Of a stretch of DNA of 64,000 bases, positions 11,492 to 23,828 are shown one piece after another. The stretch is from Psammoneis japonica (Eukaryota). Every line of letters begins with the position of its first letter. Position 1 is the first letter of the stretch. Both the position numbers and the translations under genes were made by a program. Below the pieces are notes generated by a model. It searched no databases and had not been told where the DNA came from. It was given only the letters and a program-made list of their open reading frames with translations. Location: assembly GCA_008632985.1 (NCBI GenBank), contig QPGO01000033.1, positions 1 to 64,000 on the forward strand. The letters run 5' to 3'.

Positions 11492-14400
11492 ATGGTTCTC
11501 ACCAGGCAGCAACAAATTGATGGCCTCGAGCACATTCTAGGCACTGTTCTGAATCAAGCTGCAGACAGTTCATTGCGCTTGGCCCTCAGCATTGACGGCA
11601 CTGACTTGCACCAAGATCTCTTCACTTTTACTCCGATGCAACTGGATGCCCTGGTTTGCAATGATGGCACCAATCAAATGCCCTTGCCATGTGGTTGCAA
11701 AGCACAGATGGCTGCGCTGATTAGTCTGCACACAGCACTGGCGCGCGGCAGCGCCGATGTCAGCAATGACCCCCACCTGTTCACACTTGAGGAGTTCACT
11801 GACTGTTGTCTCAGTCCTGAGCATGTGGCATCCCTCTCCATGGGTGCAGCACCATCTGCTCCCACTCCTGGCTCATTGCCACCAAAACCACCACATGACC
11901 CTGTGCGTGACTTTAAATGAGGAATCAAACTTGATCCACTCACCTTCGCGACTCTCAAGTCAGACAAACAGTGGCACATGTGGCACACCTCCATCATCGC
12001 ACAGGCCCGCTCCCAGGATGTCGACCATGTTCTCGATCCAGCGCACAAGCCCTCTACAGCTGAGGACAAGGCCCTGTTCAACAAGCAACAGAAACACATG
12101 TTCGCCACATTCGAACACATCTTGCAGAACAACAAAGGCAAGGCACTTGTTCGTGAACATGTCGGCTCCTCTGATGCTCAAGCAGTGTGTCGTGACCTGT
12201 CCAAGTGCGCCCTTGCATCTGCTCCTGCATCCCTGGAGTCCTTAATCCTTCTCACGCACCTCACCACTGCCCGCCTTGGTGATGACACCTGGAAAGGATC
12301 CACTCATGCCTTCATGCTTCACTGGCAAGACCAGCTTTGCAAGCACAAAGCTCTTGTTCCGGGTGCAGACCACTTCTCTGCTGGCCAGAAATGTGCCATG
12401 CTTGAGAACGCCATTCATCCCATCGAAGAACTTTGTTTGGCAAAGAATCAAGCCAATCAGTTTTGCACTCAGAATGGCAGAGGCCTTTCTTGCCAACAGC
12501 ACTGTGGGCTCCTGCTTTCTGCAGCAGCACAGTGCAACAGCATGTTCACCCCCAAGATGGCTCCTTGTGCTCCATGCTGTGCCATCTACAAACATGACTT
12601 GGCCCCTGACGACCCTGATGATGATGTGTTCTTCAACATCAACAGTGATGTGTTGATGTCATTCAAGCTCATGCTGCACAGACTCGTGGCAACTCCCTCA
12701 CCAGGGGACAATGGCATCGCATCCCGTTGGACCATCAGCGCATTTGGGACACCTTTCCCCAGTCCACCAAGGCTGTCATCCTTGGCTCGTGCACTGCCCA
12801 CACCGGCAACTGCCATGACTCGATGGCAGTCAACCTGCACGACCTCCACATTGGCAGCGATGGTGATGTCAACTTGTCTGCCAATGCCCACAATCTTGCG
12901 TTGGCCTCCGCACCACAGGATGCTGCAGCCAATGCAGCCAATGCCAACCCAATTCTGGCTCATCTCACCAGGTGCAAGCCTCTGCCACCCGGCGACCTGC
13001 AACATCTCCTGGCACCTGAGCGGCCTCCTTCCGCCCATTCTGGAGAGAAACCCCCCAGATCTGCAACTTCCGTCTGCTCCAATTAGAAGCCCAATGACAC
13101 TGACATCAAGATCAGTGGTCATAAATGCCATCGCGCTAACAACCACAATGTCGTCTGCTCTGCATCAACCCACAAATCGACTTGCAAAGGCACCCTTGTG
13201 GATTGTGGTGCAAATGGTGGCATCGTCGGTGATGATGTTTGTGCCATTGCTCACGCTGGTCACCAGGTTGACATCCAAGGTGTCGACAATCACCAACCAG
13301 TTGACATTCCCATTGTCACTGCCGGTGGTGTCATCCACACACAACGCAGCCCCGTCATTGCCATTCTTCACCAGCATGCCCACACTGGAAAAGGCAAGAC
13401 CGTGCACTCTTGCGGTCAACTTGAGTGGTGCAAGCACGGCATCAACGATCAGTCCATCAAGGTCCCCAATGGTCTGCAGCACATCACCACCATTGATGGG
13501 TGCATCATCCCCATTGACATCAAAGGTGGCCTTCTGCACATCACCATGCATCTGCACACTGATGCCAAATGGGACACCTTGCCACAAGTTGTCCTCACTG
13601 GTGGCGACACTTGGGACCCATCTGTCCTCGACCACCATTTCGCCGACAATGAGACGTGGCATGATGCCGTGTCTGACCTCCAGGCCGACCCAACTGCCAA
13701 CCTCTTTGATGAGTTTGGCAACTGTCGCCACTGCCATGTCATCAACAATGCCATGCTTGTGGACTCCGTCCTTGATGACCACCTGCTCCCGATGTCCGAT
13801 TTGTTCTGCAAATGCCATGAGCACGAGATCAATCCAAAGGATCCCAACTTTGAGTCTCTGTTGCAATGTGCAGCTGCCAATGAGAGCCAATGTATCACGG
13901 CGACGTGTTGCAGCCTTTAAATGTCACAAAGGGCGTGACAAAAATAACCTTTTGTCTGCATGCATGCTGCACTGTGAATTCACAGTGGAGTGGTTCATCG
14001 CAACCATCAGGCAGGAGGCCAGGGGTTCGAAACCCTGAGTGGGAGTTGTCTGCAGCAACGTTGATCACTGTCGAACGCGCAAAACTCTGTGCAGTTCTGT
14101 GTGTTCCTTCGTACGTGCCCACACTGTTCCGCCAAAACCGTGCAGTGTCAGCACACATTAGCAAAGAGCCGCATGGACGTGTGACACATGGGGAGGAGTG
14201 CAACACACAGCTGCTGACAAGAGTCAATGCATCACGGCGACGTGTTGCAGCCTTTAAATGTCACAAAGGGCGTGACAAAAATGACCTTTTGTCTGCATGC
14301 ATGCTGCACTGTGCCCTCATTTTGGCTTTCTCCCAAAAGGTGCTGTTTGCCACACTTTTGATTGCATGACACAACACGCCCGCATGCCAGCCAGAATGCA

Positions 14401-17400
14401 CTTGAAAAAGGCGTGCAAGTCGCCCAACCCGGCTCTCAATGTCCGCCGATGCAACGAACCTGTTGCTGCTGACATGGTGCACTCTGACACCCCCACCATT
14501 GACTCTGGCTGTGCCAGCACCCAGCTCTTTGTTGGCGCCAAATCCCTTGTCACGGACGTGTGCGGAACCAAGACCGACAAGGAATTCATCAACATGCTTG
14601 GGGACAACATTCATGATCGTGGTGCCCCGTCCAAGCTCATCAGCGACCGTGATCAAGTTGAGATTGGCGACAAGGTTCTTGGCATCCTCCGTGCCCTCTT
14701 CATCTCTGGCTGGCAAAGCGAGCCTCACCAACAGCATCAGAATTTTGCTGAATGTTGCTGCCAAACTGTGAAGACCATGGCCAACACCATCATGGATCAC
14801 TTTGGGTCTCTGGCTCACACCTGGCTGCTTGCCCTGATGTGCCTGTGCTTTGTGCTCAACCACACAGCATCTGCCAAGCTCCGCTGGTGCACCCCCGCTA
14901 AAGTGCTGTCTGGCTCTGCTCCCAACATCAGCCCGCTCCTCTGTTTTCAATGGTGGGAACCCGTGTGCTGTCACCTGGATGACTCTGACTGGCCGCCCAA
15001 ATCCCGTGAATTGTGTGGTCGCTTTGTTGGCATTGCTGAACACACGGGCCACCAAATGACATTCAAGATTCTTTCTGACGACACTCAGAAGATTCTCTGC
15101 CGTTCCAACGTGCATTCCATCCATGACCCATCTGCTCCAAACCTGTGTCTTGATCCTCCTGACAAGAAATCTGCTGAACCCATCATTGAATCCCGCCATG
15201 ACTCTGAGGATTCGCCGGATTCACCAGATGGGGAGGTGATCAGGATGCCCAAAATGCCAGTCTTTGACCCCAAGGACATCATCAGATGCACCTTCCTCAT
15301 GAAGCCACAAGAGGACGGACAATGCCACAGAGCCCGCATCATCAAAACCGTTGAGGACCATGACTGGAAAATTGGAGACAATCCTGAACTGTTCAAGTTC
15401 ATTTGCTCCATCAACAATGATGAATGCAAGGAAGTCCTGGCCTGCAATGACATCATGCACCACATCAAGCAAGAAGACAAGGACACTGCCCTCTGGAAGT
15501 TCCGATGCATTGCATCGCACAAAGGACCATTGCAACCCCATGATCCCTCTTGGAAAGGCTCAAGCTGCAACATCATGCTTGAATGGGAGAATGAGGAGAT
15601 CACGTCTGAACCCCTTGCCATCATTGCCAAGGATGATCCCGTCACCTGTGCCATCTACGCACATGAGCACGGCCTCCTTGAAACTGAAGGATGGAGATGT
15701 TTTTGCAAGATGGCTCTGTGCCAGAAGAAGCCATTCCGCATGGCCAATCAAGCCAAGTTACACTCTTTTTGTGCTGCGCCATGACACAAGCATGGACATG
15801 AAGTGCCACGGGACTACAAGCATGCCTTGGCCCTCGATGAGCGCAATGGCAACTGCAAGTGGGGAGATGCAACAGACCTTGAGATGACTCAGCTTGATGA
15901 GCACGAGGTCTTCCATGACTGCGGACATTGCAAGGATTCCAGTGCTCCATCAGGACACAAGAAGATCTGGGTGCATCTCGTCTGTGACGTCAAACATGAT
16001 GGACGGCACAAGGCAAGGCTTGTTGCCGATGGACACCTCACAGACATGCCCATCGATGGTGTCTGCTCTGGAGCAGAGTCTCTTTGCGGCCTGCGAATGA
16101 TGATCTTCCCAGCCAAACTCAACGAACTGGAGACTTTGGCCACTGACATTGGGAGTGCCCATCTTGAAGCTGTGACCAAGGAGAAACTGCACATCACAGC
16201 AGGCCCCAAATTTGGTGAGCTAGAAGGACACATCCCTGTCATCCTTTGGGCCTTGCACGGACTCCGCAGCTCCGGCCTCAGATGGCATGAACGTTTTGCT
16301 GATTGCTTGTGTGCTGAAGGTTTCTTCCCATGAAAAGCTGAACCTGACTTCTGGCTGCGTGGGAACGGTGACCACTGCAAATGTGTTGCAGTGCATGTGG
16401 ACGACCCAGCCTTTGTCATGAAGGATCCCCAGGCTTTTGCATGCACTCTCATGGAGAAATGCAAGTTCAAGCTCAAGGGCACTGACCTTTGGAGTTCCAT
16501 CTCGGTTGCAACTTCACCCATGATCCAGATGGCACCCTGTGCCTTGCCCCTTGCAAGCACATTGAATGCATGGTTGACAACTGCGCGCGCCTCTTTGGGG
16601 AGAAGCCCCGCACTGATGTGCTTTCACCCCTTGACAAGGGAGACCACCCTGAGCTTGACACCTCCAAATTGCTCAAACCGGAAGGCATCCACCAGTGCCA
16701 ATCCTTGATTGGCTCCCTGCAATGGGCTGCATCTCTTGGTCACATTGACATTGCTGCGGCTGTCATGTCCCTGTCCAGCTTTCATGCAGCACCCCGCCAA
16801 GGCCACCTGGACCGCGCCAAACAAATCTGCAGATTCCTCTCCAAGATGCGTCATGGTGCCCTCCGAGTGCACACCGAGGAGCCCAACTGTTCGGACCTTC
16901 CCAAGCCCGTGCATGACTGGGCCCAGTCTGTGCATGGGGAGGCAAAAGAGCTGCTCCCACAAGATGCGCCCAAGCCACTTGGCAAGTTCGTCACCATGAC
17001 ACACTGTGTTGATGCGAACTTGCTCCATTGCACGCTCACTGGACGCTCTGTCACCAGCATCCTTCATTTCCTCAACAAGTTTCCGGCTGATTGGTTCTCC
17101 AAGAAACAAGCAACAGTCAAGACTGCCACGCATGGATCCGAGTTTGTTGCTGCAAGGACATGCGTTGAGCAGATCATTGACCTGTGCATCATTTTGCGTG
17201 ATCTTGGCATCCCCATTTGTGAAACATGTTGCATGTTTGGGGACAACAAGTCAGTTCTGGACAGTGCTGCCATCCCGCACTCCAAGTTACACAAGCAACA
17301 CACCACCCTCTCATTCCATCGTGTGCATGAGGCGATTGCTTCCAGCTTCCTCGAGTTTCATTTCAACGAAGGTTCCCGCAACCCAGCTGACATCCTCAGC

Positions 17401-17529
17401 AAGCATTGGGGTTGCTCCCAAGTCTGGAACCTCCTTCATCCTCTGATGTTTTGGAACTTGGATCCCGAGGCTTTCAACCAATCTGACCTCAAATCTGTCA
17501 CTGTTGACCCCCTCAAGCAAACTGGGGAG
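11492..17529 (+). pseudogene. Copia gag-pol of copy 2, broken by stops, frameshifts and a nested insertion
   Basis: Fragments 11375..11920, 11978.., 13198..13920, 14297..15784, 15803..16333 and 16489..17532. The pol fragments align to copy 1 pol. Stops at about 11918, 15782 and 16331, and a frameshift near 16485. Confidence 0.9.
13862..14308 (+). mobile_element. Miniature non-autonomous LTR element (TRIM-like), 447 bp, nested in Copia copy 2
   Basis: 110-bp direct repeats at 13862..13971 and 14199..14308 with TG..CA ends. Purine tract GGGGAGGAG immediately before the second repeat. 4-bp TSD CTGT at 13858-13861 and 14309-14312. Removing the insert restores the frame FESLCPHFGF, which matches copy 1 FESLRPHFGF. 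Confidence 0.88.
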
Positions 17530-20390
17530 TGACAGGATTTGAACAAGATTTCAGTTTGTCACACATGGTCATGTGTGCTCTTAGTTCCATGCGCAATGCT
17601 CCATGCAGTTTGCTTTCAAGCCACACGGCTCACAAGAATGACAACAGTGGCGCCAACATCAAAACACCAGTTTTTCAGCTCCTGTGATGGTCTCTGCATG
17701 GAGACTCATCTGCCATTTAGACAGCAGTGAGGAGTCATTGTTTTCTTCCACCCAGTCATCTTCAATTTCTGTCAGAACTCATTGGCACCAAAGCCACAAA
17801 TGCAATTGTCCAACATTCTCTCTGGAGAGAGCTCTGCATCATTGAAATGATTCAAAAGTCTTTGTGTCGCTTCTGGCCAGTGGCAGTGCAAAATTTGAAC
17901 AGCGGCGTTATGAGCAAACTGGTTTGACATGGCTTGAGAGCTTTCCATTGGCGCCAAAACAGGGGCTCACATTGTCAAAAACGTCGCAGAGACATCAACA
18001 CTGCATGCGACTGGAACATTGTTGTTCTCTGCTTTTGTCAGGCTTGTGTGCATCCATGATTGTTGGATGAAGTCTCGTTTGTGATGTGACACAGTGCCAT
18101 GTGTAGAAAAAACTCAATCTCATTGCAAAAAGCATCTTCTGGGTGCATGCTTTCTAGTCAAATTTGCTTCCATGAATCACCTTGACATGATCTGGGAGAG
18201 GGACAAGTGGATCAGGCATTGAATGGTCAGCATGCCAATGCAAAATGTGAGAAGTCACAACACGGAAGAACTGACAACATCCCGCTTGTTTCTGTTTTCT
18301 GTGGCAATGCTGCACGCGGAGTGCAGTCCGTCATCCAAACGAGTTCATTGGCCGCCAGCGCAGGAAGTTCTTCCTTGCATGAGACAATGCAAGTGATTGC
18401 ACCTGCCATGGCAATCAACAATGCCTGGGACATTCTTGTTGACAAGAGCATCCCACAATTCACTTGTGTTGCTGATGTTGGATGCCATGTGGATGCCTCC
18501 ACAATGTTGATCGGGCTCAAGCAACGCGCCCCGGCCCCACGGATGCTCCTTGCCCAGATCAAATTCTGATGCATTTGGGTCCTCGGAAAACACCCCCGGC
18601 AATTCAATGTGGAGTCCCTGACATTGCTGGGCATGTCTGGCTTGTACAAAACTCTCGTGAACCGTCAAGTGGCCGACTTGACCAAGTTCTTCCTTCATGT
18701 GCGGACATTTTTCTGTGCAGCTGTCATGGCAGCACTGAAGACAAGCAGGGAGTGATTCCTTGTCTCTGAATCAAAACAGCATCATGTTTGCATTTTGATC
18801 AGCAGGCTCTGGGAATTCCACAACTCCGCACGATGCAAACGCAATGGATCCTTTAAGAGAGTGCACGACATGGGTTCGTTCTAACCGTTGGGGGGACAAT
18901 TTCCACCCCGAGGAAAAATGTGGAAACCGTCTCCTTCATTCAAACTGACATTGCCCACACATGAAGCAGGTGGTGTCAGGGTGATGTGCTTGGCCCATTT
19001 GGATGCAACAAATGAGCAAATGTGATGCACAATCGTTGTGTCGCATCCACACAAGACATGGAGAGAACTCTTGAGATCCCATGTTCCTGCCAGCAGAAGC
19101 ATCAACTCAGGTTTCCAACCAAAAGACTTGGTGTCAGGATAAAAGCCACATGCCAGCGCTGGAAGGCGTTGCATCATCCTCGCTTCAGCTGCATGGACAT
19201 TAAAGGATGGACCTTGTCTAACTCGCGAACGCGTGGCAGAGCTCCAGATCCGCTTCAGGCTCATCTGCTCATTGCAAGTCAGATTGTGTCGCTTGCTTGC
19301 TGATGCGATCCTTCAGCATGTTATTGTATGCTTTACGACGTATGTAGTTAGTTTGCTCTTTTATGCTTATCAAACGTGCAGCCACAGCATTGTCATGATC
19401 TGATGGAACAGATCACAGCAATCCGATCCGCGAAACGTGCGACCTGCGGCGGCGCGGCTGAATCGTGCATCCTGTCTGTCCGTACGTGAAAAACCGCGCG
19501 CGCCAACATCAGATTTCTAAAACGAGCATTCGATGCGTATCATGCCATGCTTTCGCAAACGCGATTGTGATGTTGGAAACGACGGCAACAATAACTGCTT
19601 ATCTGCACAGATATTTTTCGCATTCTTAAAATTGCTCTTTAGCCGCTTGCGCGGGTTACTTGACGAACCGCAGTCTTGCACTTTCTTCACTCGATCTAGC
19701 CGGGGCCATCGGTGGGGTAATTCTCGACCAGGTAGGTAACCTTTCGCTTCGTATTGCAGTGAGCCTTGAAAAGGGGGCAACTCGGATACACTCGTGTGTG
19801 GAAGCCTTGGTTGACCGAAATTGAAAAAGAACTCACATCAAGATCAATCAAGAGATCTCCGCCAGGTTCACAAGATTCCGTGAAAATGCTTTTAACGAAC
19901 CATTCACCAGAATTCCTAAAACCAAGTTTGGAACTCCTGTCGCCATGATGTAGGGCCCACCTTGTGCATCTTTCTGATTGCTGGTCAACGTCGAATCCTT
20001 TCAATGAACAAATACAACCGTCCTTGGGAGGACAGTGCTCTTCGTTGTCTTCACCTGATAAAGCTTCGAACAAGACCTCCAATGAGTTCGAAACACATGC
20101 AAAAGTGGCAGCCTTTCGCAGTGTCACAACAGAACGATTCTTCATGATATAAAGTACACAACACAGGCTCTTGTTTTGAGAAAGGATGAACGGGAGATGG
20201 AGGCAGAGGCCGGCCACCGCAAGCACCAATCAGAAGAAGCCCGGAAATTTTCAAGCGCCGTACGGTACTGTATGATAAAGTTCCAGCAGCGTGAGCCGTA
20301 CATACACGGCTGATGCACCGTTCACTTAGTCCCCATGATACTTTAGGCTGCAAATAGAAAGAACAGGAACTGCCGGCTCTTACATCGAAA

Positions 20391-23300
20391 TTATGACTGT
20401 GCAGCTTGAGACTCGTCCGGCGCGGTCAAGTGTAGACTGCTTTTTCCAAAAGCATCCAACGTTAACCCCCTGTGCATACTTGTGATTGAAGCGTTATACC
20501 GTTGCCTTCCCTTAACATTCGACGTGTGAGCGCTGGAGTCTGCTGGCGAAAATGTTAAATGATAGTTGCTTGACAGCTGGTCCGCTTTGGCCTTTGCTCC
20601 CCATTCTTCGTATAAACGATGTGCTTCTGACAAATAAGTCGAAGCCCAGTATTCATCGCCATGCCTGTGACAGAACATTCCTGCTCGTTCACAGGCCAAT
20701 GCAGTATCTTGAAGAAAGCCAGCTCTTTTTGATGTCTTGATTGCAAGGTCGTAAGCGCCCTTTACCTTGTCATTCACTTCCTTGCTCCCGAGGGCCTTGT
20801 ATTCCGCATCCAAGAGTTGGAGCTTGTGTAGACAGTTGCCAACCCCAGATTTCACCCATTTACGCATTGTCTTGATATTCATCTGAGCGCTCGTTTTGAA
20901 TTTTCGTTTTGCTGTTGTTTGCGCCAAGTCAAGATACACCAAGCCTTCAAAGAATGTGAACACGAAGTAAACAAAGTGACTTTTCAGATTTTTGCAATTC
21001 GTGCGGAACTGATTCGCCATTTCCATGGCAACGTCCAACTCTCCGAAGTAGTACGCCAGCTGCAAGCGTTGAAGCCAAACACCCTGCACAGCTGGACCAT
21101 TACCGCCATTTTCCACAACGTACAGCTCCTGGTTCATCACTTCGCCCGTCAATACAACGGGATCATCATTCTGCCCCATAAGGTTCAATATGGACTGCCA
21201 ATACGGAAGGCGTCCCTGCAGCATTGTCATAAGACCGTGTTCTCGGGCCTGGCCTACATAAGAACGAATGTCGCTCTCCACCGGCTGATGAAAGAGAGTA
21301 GGCAGAAGGCAAACGGTAAGGAACGAGAGCAAGTGATTCAGATTTAGCATGCCTGGTAGACAGATATGCAAAGTAGACCATTACTCACGTTCAGTGGAAG
21401 GCCGCAAAAATAGTAGGCCTGCGAATACAACCCAGCTGCATTTGACCCGGATTCAATGTCTCCAGTTTCCATTCCAGAGTAATGCGCTGCCAAGAGCGCT
21501 TCGAGTGAATCATGAAGGGGCGCTTGCCAAGGATTGATAAAGGAATGCACCAGCACAAGAACACGCGCTTTGCACTCCTTTGCCCCAAGCCTCTCGACAA
21601 GCTTTATGGCGAAGCTGCCAAGTCGATAAGCCTCTTTAAACTGCCCAAGGGAACATAAAAGTACCGCGTAGTTTGCAAACGCAAAAGTGGAAACATTCGT
21701 CACACCATATGCAAGCGTAAGCTGCATCATACGAAGGATGCACAATGCAAAAAGGGAAGACTGCTCCATCCAAAACGAACAGATAACCATAGAGTTCAAA
21801 ACCTTTAAAGCCGCAATTTTGTCGGCATTCTCCATCGCGCCAAGATTTTCAATGTCACTGTCGCTTTTATTTCTGAACATTCGCTTGGTCTTTACAAAAA
21901 CAACCAGGACACGCAATGCAGTCGCGTTCTTGGGAAAGGTCTCGCCTAGATCGCTCAGGACGGTGAACCCTATATCCATGGCTTGTTGAAACTTTCTTTC
22001 CGAATGAAGGAGCGTTTCAATTATCACACAAAAGGCAGGAAGCTTGTCATGTAGGGAGTGGGCATTGGTTATGACTGTTTCGGTGGTAGCCTTGCAGTCT
22101 TTCGTATTCCCATTGCAATAATGCATTTGCGCAGAAGCAACGTGGAGCTTGAGCGACAAATCGTAGTGGTCAGCCCAGGAATCTTTATGAGTTAGTGATG
22201 ACCATGAAGCCAATGCCTTGATCCCGGACAAAATATAGTCGGAAGCAGGGACAAAGGCGGAGAGCGAGATGGCTTTGATACCCACCTCTAGATTGACAAT
22301 GGCCAGCTCGAGCAGCTTCGTAGAGTTCGAAATGCACGATGCGCCTCGGTTCAGCTGTTGCGCTGCCGTGAAAATAATGTTTTCTTCTGTTTTTCTGTCT
22401 TTTACTAGCATGGACAGAGTCTCTCCGACTCGTAAATGTAGTTGATTCCGATCGCCTGGTGGAATAAGTGAGTACGCCGCCTGCTGAATGCGATCGTGGA
22501 CGAATCGGTATCGATCTTGTGGTAATTTCTCAACCAGACCCTCATCTATTGCAACGGTGAGGATTTTTAGAACGTCTTTCTTGTTCTCAATCGACATATT
22601 GTTGCCATTCAATCGTTGTAATACAGGTATTAAAATTTCAACATCGAACGTGGTGGACCACAAGCTCGCTGCAATCGAAATGCAAAACTGAACATTCTCG
22701 TTTAGCTTTCCGAGTTTCTCTGCCACGACTTGTAATACATTTTCGCAAATGCTTGTCTGCTCTTGGATTTCTCGCAGATCCCACGTCCACTGAAACTTAA
22801 CTAGAGAAAATCGCAAGAGTTTCTCCTGGACAAGGAGATCCAAGAACTGCAGGATAAAAAATGCATTTCCCAGTGTTCTCTGGTGCACCAATTCAGCTAA
22901 CGGCGCCACATCGTCCACATTGACAAGGTTGGATATCATCTCATTGACCATGCTAACACTCATGTTTTCAATTTTGATAGTAACGCTGTGCTTACCATCT
23001 ATCGTTTCTTGGATATGGGTTGTATCGTCCTCGTCCCGATAAGCACAAATAAGCATTATACCACGTTCAACCATCGCTGCTGTTTTGATCAGTTCCAATG
23101 AAGATGTATCTGCCCATTGTAAATCATCCATGAATATTATGAAAGGACGAAAGTGTGCAGTGATTGCACGGAGAAACGCTCGAAATACATACGTCAGTTT
23201 GTGAAAGGCCTTCGAATCGTCTTGAGCGTATTGACGACTTATTTCGGGTTGCTCTCCAAGAACCTCGCTCAGTCTATGAATCAAGTTTGCCAGGATGTGT

Positions 23301-23704
23301 GCTTCTGCCCCTACCGCGTCCTGTATTGCACTTCTAATTTCTTCTCTATCATGAACTTGGTCAATCAACTCATTCATTGCGTCTGCTAACGCGGCATATG
23401 GTTTGCCCTCGCGATATTGATTAAATTTCCCGGAAACATGTTTGATAGAAGTGGAACTGCTGTAAAAGTGGTGCACAAGAGCTGATTTGCCCGTTCCAGA
23501 AGCACCCTGAATAAACACTGTGCAACTGTTATTGCATTCAACGTCGTCATAAATCTCTTGCAACTGATTCAGTTCGTGCGAGCGTCCGAAGAGTGGCAAT
23601 TCCTTCGTTCTTAATTGCGACAATTCAGATGCATAGGATCCAACGTTTTCTTCCGAATTCGTTGAGTATGTAAAGGAGGACGACGACAATTCATGATTCT
23701 CCAT
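20391..23704 (-). CDS. STAND-type AAA ATPase with helical/TPR-like C-terminus (type found in kinase/cyclase-AAA fusion proteins); intron 21285..21388
   Basis: LFGRSHE, Walker A GASGTGKS, Walker B FMDDLQWAD, TLGNAFF, YRFVHDRIQQAAY, and C-terminal EWGAKAKA. An in-frame GTGAG..CAG intron joins the two ORFs. Confidence 0.88.
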
Positions 23705-23828
23705 TTTCTATCGTTGACTTCTTGTTTTATACTACCAGAGGCAAGCTAGGCATCTCTTGCTTCTTGCTCGATCTGTGAATGAAACGGACGGCGCGACAAA
23801 CGATCAAACGATGGGCGTTTCAGGGGGT

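Larger units (their letters stand above)
10459..17774 (+). mobile_element. Ty1/Copia (CoDi-like) LTR retrotransposon, copy 2, related family, more degraded
   Basis: LTRs at 10459..10694 and 17530..17774 (TGACAG...CTGTCA). 5-bp TSD GAACT at 10454-10458 and 17775-17779. PPT GGGGAG before the 3' LTR. gag starts near 11492 (MVLTRQQQ). pol is collinear with copy 1. Confidence 0.96.
2701..19320. other. TpA-depleted repeat domain 1 (two Copia elements nested in older unidentified degraded sequence)
   Basis: TA is common up to about 2700 (cgtacggcacgtact) and again from about 19321 (ttattgtatgctttacg). It is rare in between. Confidence 0.85.

Noticed and set aside
13981..14045. Functional tRNA gene
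   Set aside because: It has A/B-box-like motifs but no convincing anticodon arm or acceptor stem, so it is reported only as a tRNA-like segment.
19517..20353. Short ORFs 19696..20229 and neighbours
   Set aside because: No recognisable motifs, non-ATG or doubtful starts, and no supported splice model.
20391..23704. AAA ATPase as the enzyme behind the hypermutation
   Set aside because: It has no deaminase (HxE..PCxxC), polymerase or chromatin-reader motif, and adjacency alone is not evidence. No candidate mutator gene is visible in this window.
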